Program-made: the position numbers and the translations under genes
Shown: positions 62,590-64,000 of the stretch, in pieces
Position numbering within the stretch: position 1 is the first letter of the stretch
Layout: the number at the start of each line of letters is the position of its first letter
Source of the DNA: Eledone cirrhosa
Taxonomy: Eukaryota
Assembly (NCBI GenBank): GCA_964016885.1
Contig: OZ024741.1
Coordinates: forward strand, 188,356,001-188,420,000
Direction: 5' to 3'
DNA length: 64,000 nucleotides
The notes under the pieces: model-generated
Seen by the model: only the letters and a program-made list of their open reading frames with translations
Databases searched by the model: none
Told to the model about the DNA's origin: nothing

Positions 62590-64000
62590 ATGAATCTGCG
62601 AGCTACCAAGCACCCACGTGAAGCGCCAACCCAGAGACCCTCCCCTACGAGTGTCGACAAATGCCCAAAACTCCGAGTTGGTACCATCAATGTAGGCTCA
62701 ATGAAAGGAAGAGCAGGAGAAATCGTAGAAATGCTAGAGCGAAAGGAAGTTGATGTATGCTGTGTGCAAGAGACTAGATGGAGAGGAGGGTCTGCTAGAG
62801 TCCTTGTAGGAAAAAGCCAGTGCTACAAATTTTTCTGGGTGGGAAATGACGATGGGATGGGTGGTGTAGGTATACTATTAGCTGACAAGTGGGTAGATAA
62901 AGTAATCTCAGTGTACAGGGTAAATGCAAGAATCATTAAACTCAGACTAGTCCTGAATAAGACAATTACCACAATAATATCAGCTTACGCACCCCAATCG
63001 GGGCTGCCAGACGAACTTAAGGATAGGTTTTACGAGTCCCTAATACACACTACTGCTCTAACAGACGACAAGGACTTCCTAATCATTGCAGGAGATTTTA
63101 ACGGACACGTAGGTAAACACTGCGACGGCTTCAATAGAGTACATGGAGGCCATGGAGTTGGCACAAGGAATGAGGAAGGATTCAGACTTCTAGAATTCTG
63201 CGACGCCAATGACATGTCGATATGTAACACAAACTTTAAAAAACCCGACAACCACCTGATCACCTATAGATCAGGGGAGCACTCTAGTCAGTTAGATTTT
63301 ATCCTCATCAGAGGACGTGACAGATGGACGGTCGTAAACACAAAAGCCTTCCCTAGTGAGGAATGTACATCCCAACATAGCTTAGTTGTCAGCGACCTCA
63401 CGGTCAGAACTAGACGAGCCCTGAAACAGAGGCCAACCTGGAGAAGAAAGATCTGGAAGCTGAAAGTCCCCTCAACCAGTAACAGATTTAAAGATATTTT
63501 ACTCAACGCCTACGACAGTAAAGAAGAACAGATAGAGACATTTAACGTAGAAGAGAACTGGGAGTTCCTAAAAAATAACTTACTAGAGGCGACGGATGAG
63601 GTTTGTGGCTGGAGTAAGACCTCAAGCAGGAGGAGAGTGACTTGGTGGTGGAACAATAAGGTAGATGAAGCAGTCAAGGCCAAGAGACAGGCATGGAAAG
63701 AATGGAAGAACGGGGGGAGCAGGGTACATTACATAGAGACCAAGAGGGAAGCTAGGCGACAAGTATACTTAGCTAGGAGGGAAGCAGAGGATAGAAAATT
63801 CAAGCATGTTTTACAACGTGAGGACCAGAAACAGGAGGTATTCAAGATTGCGAGGCAGTGTGTCAGAGATAGTTGTGATGTCATTGGAGAGAAGTGTATC
63901 CGGAATGATAAAGGTGAGCTTGCCCTCACAAGTGCTGAGAAGAAAGATGCATGGAAGAGTCATTATGATAGATTACTAAATGAGGAGAATGCATGGGAAG
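62590..64000 (+). CDS. RTE LINE family A ORF (APE endonuclease and linker), open to window end
   Basis: ATG 62590, 470 codons read without a stop: VGTINVGSM, CVQETRW, SAYAPQ, AGDFNGHVG, QLDFIL, SQHSLV, TWWWN; absent from ORF track because no stop is reached. Confidence 0.97.
   Translation, partial: MNLRATKHPREAPTQRPSPTSVDKCPKLRVGTINVGSMKGRAGEIVEMLERKEVDVCCVQETRWRGGSARVLVGKSQCYKFFWVGNDDGMGGVGILLADKWVDKVISVYRVNARIIKLRLVLNKTITTIISAYAPQSGLPDELKDRFYESLIHTTALTDDKDFLIIAGDFNGHVGKHCDGFNRVHGGHGVGTRNEEGFRLLEFCDANDMSICNTNFKKPDNHLITYRSGEHSSQLDFILIRGRDRWTVVNTKAFPSEECTSQHSLVVSDLTVRTRRALKQRPTWRRKIWKLKVPSTSNRFKDILLNAYDSKEEQIETFNVEENWEFLKNNLLEATDEVCGWSKTSSRRRVTWWWNNKVDEAVKAKRQAWKEWKNGGSRVHYIETKREARRQVYLARREAEDRKFKHVLQREDQKQEVFKIARQCVRDSCDVIGEKCIRNDKGELALTSAEKKDAWKSHYDRLLNEENAWE

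Overview
Eukaryotic, AT-rich, microsatellite-saturated DNA. The repeat complement ((TA)n/(CAT)n runs, tRNA-headed SINEs with RTE tails, several RTE families, Penelope-like, R4/Dong-like, CRE-like and CR1-like retroelements, Helitrons, Tc1/mariner and hAT MITEs) fits an octopus-type cephalopod genome; this is inferred, no search was run. Nearly all supplied ORFs are spurious or TE debris. A canonical minus-strand Pol II promoter (E-box/TATA/Inr, TSS near 43672) starts an unidentified host gene whose small candidate exons run leftwards over about 38 kb. An RTE LINE ORF missing from the ORF track is open from 62590 to the window end, behind a tandem-monomer 5' region. The main hidden signal is a set of short elements sitting in (TA)n runs that carry type I hammerhead ribozymes from at least six sequence families, mostly arranged as head-to-head palindromes. 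Three have intact canonical cores, one has the U3-A8 core variant, and two related copies show stem covariation. All folds and alignments were done by eye.
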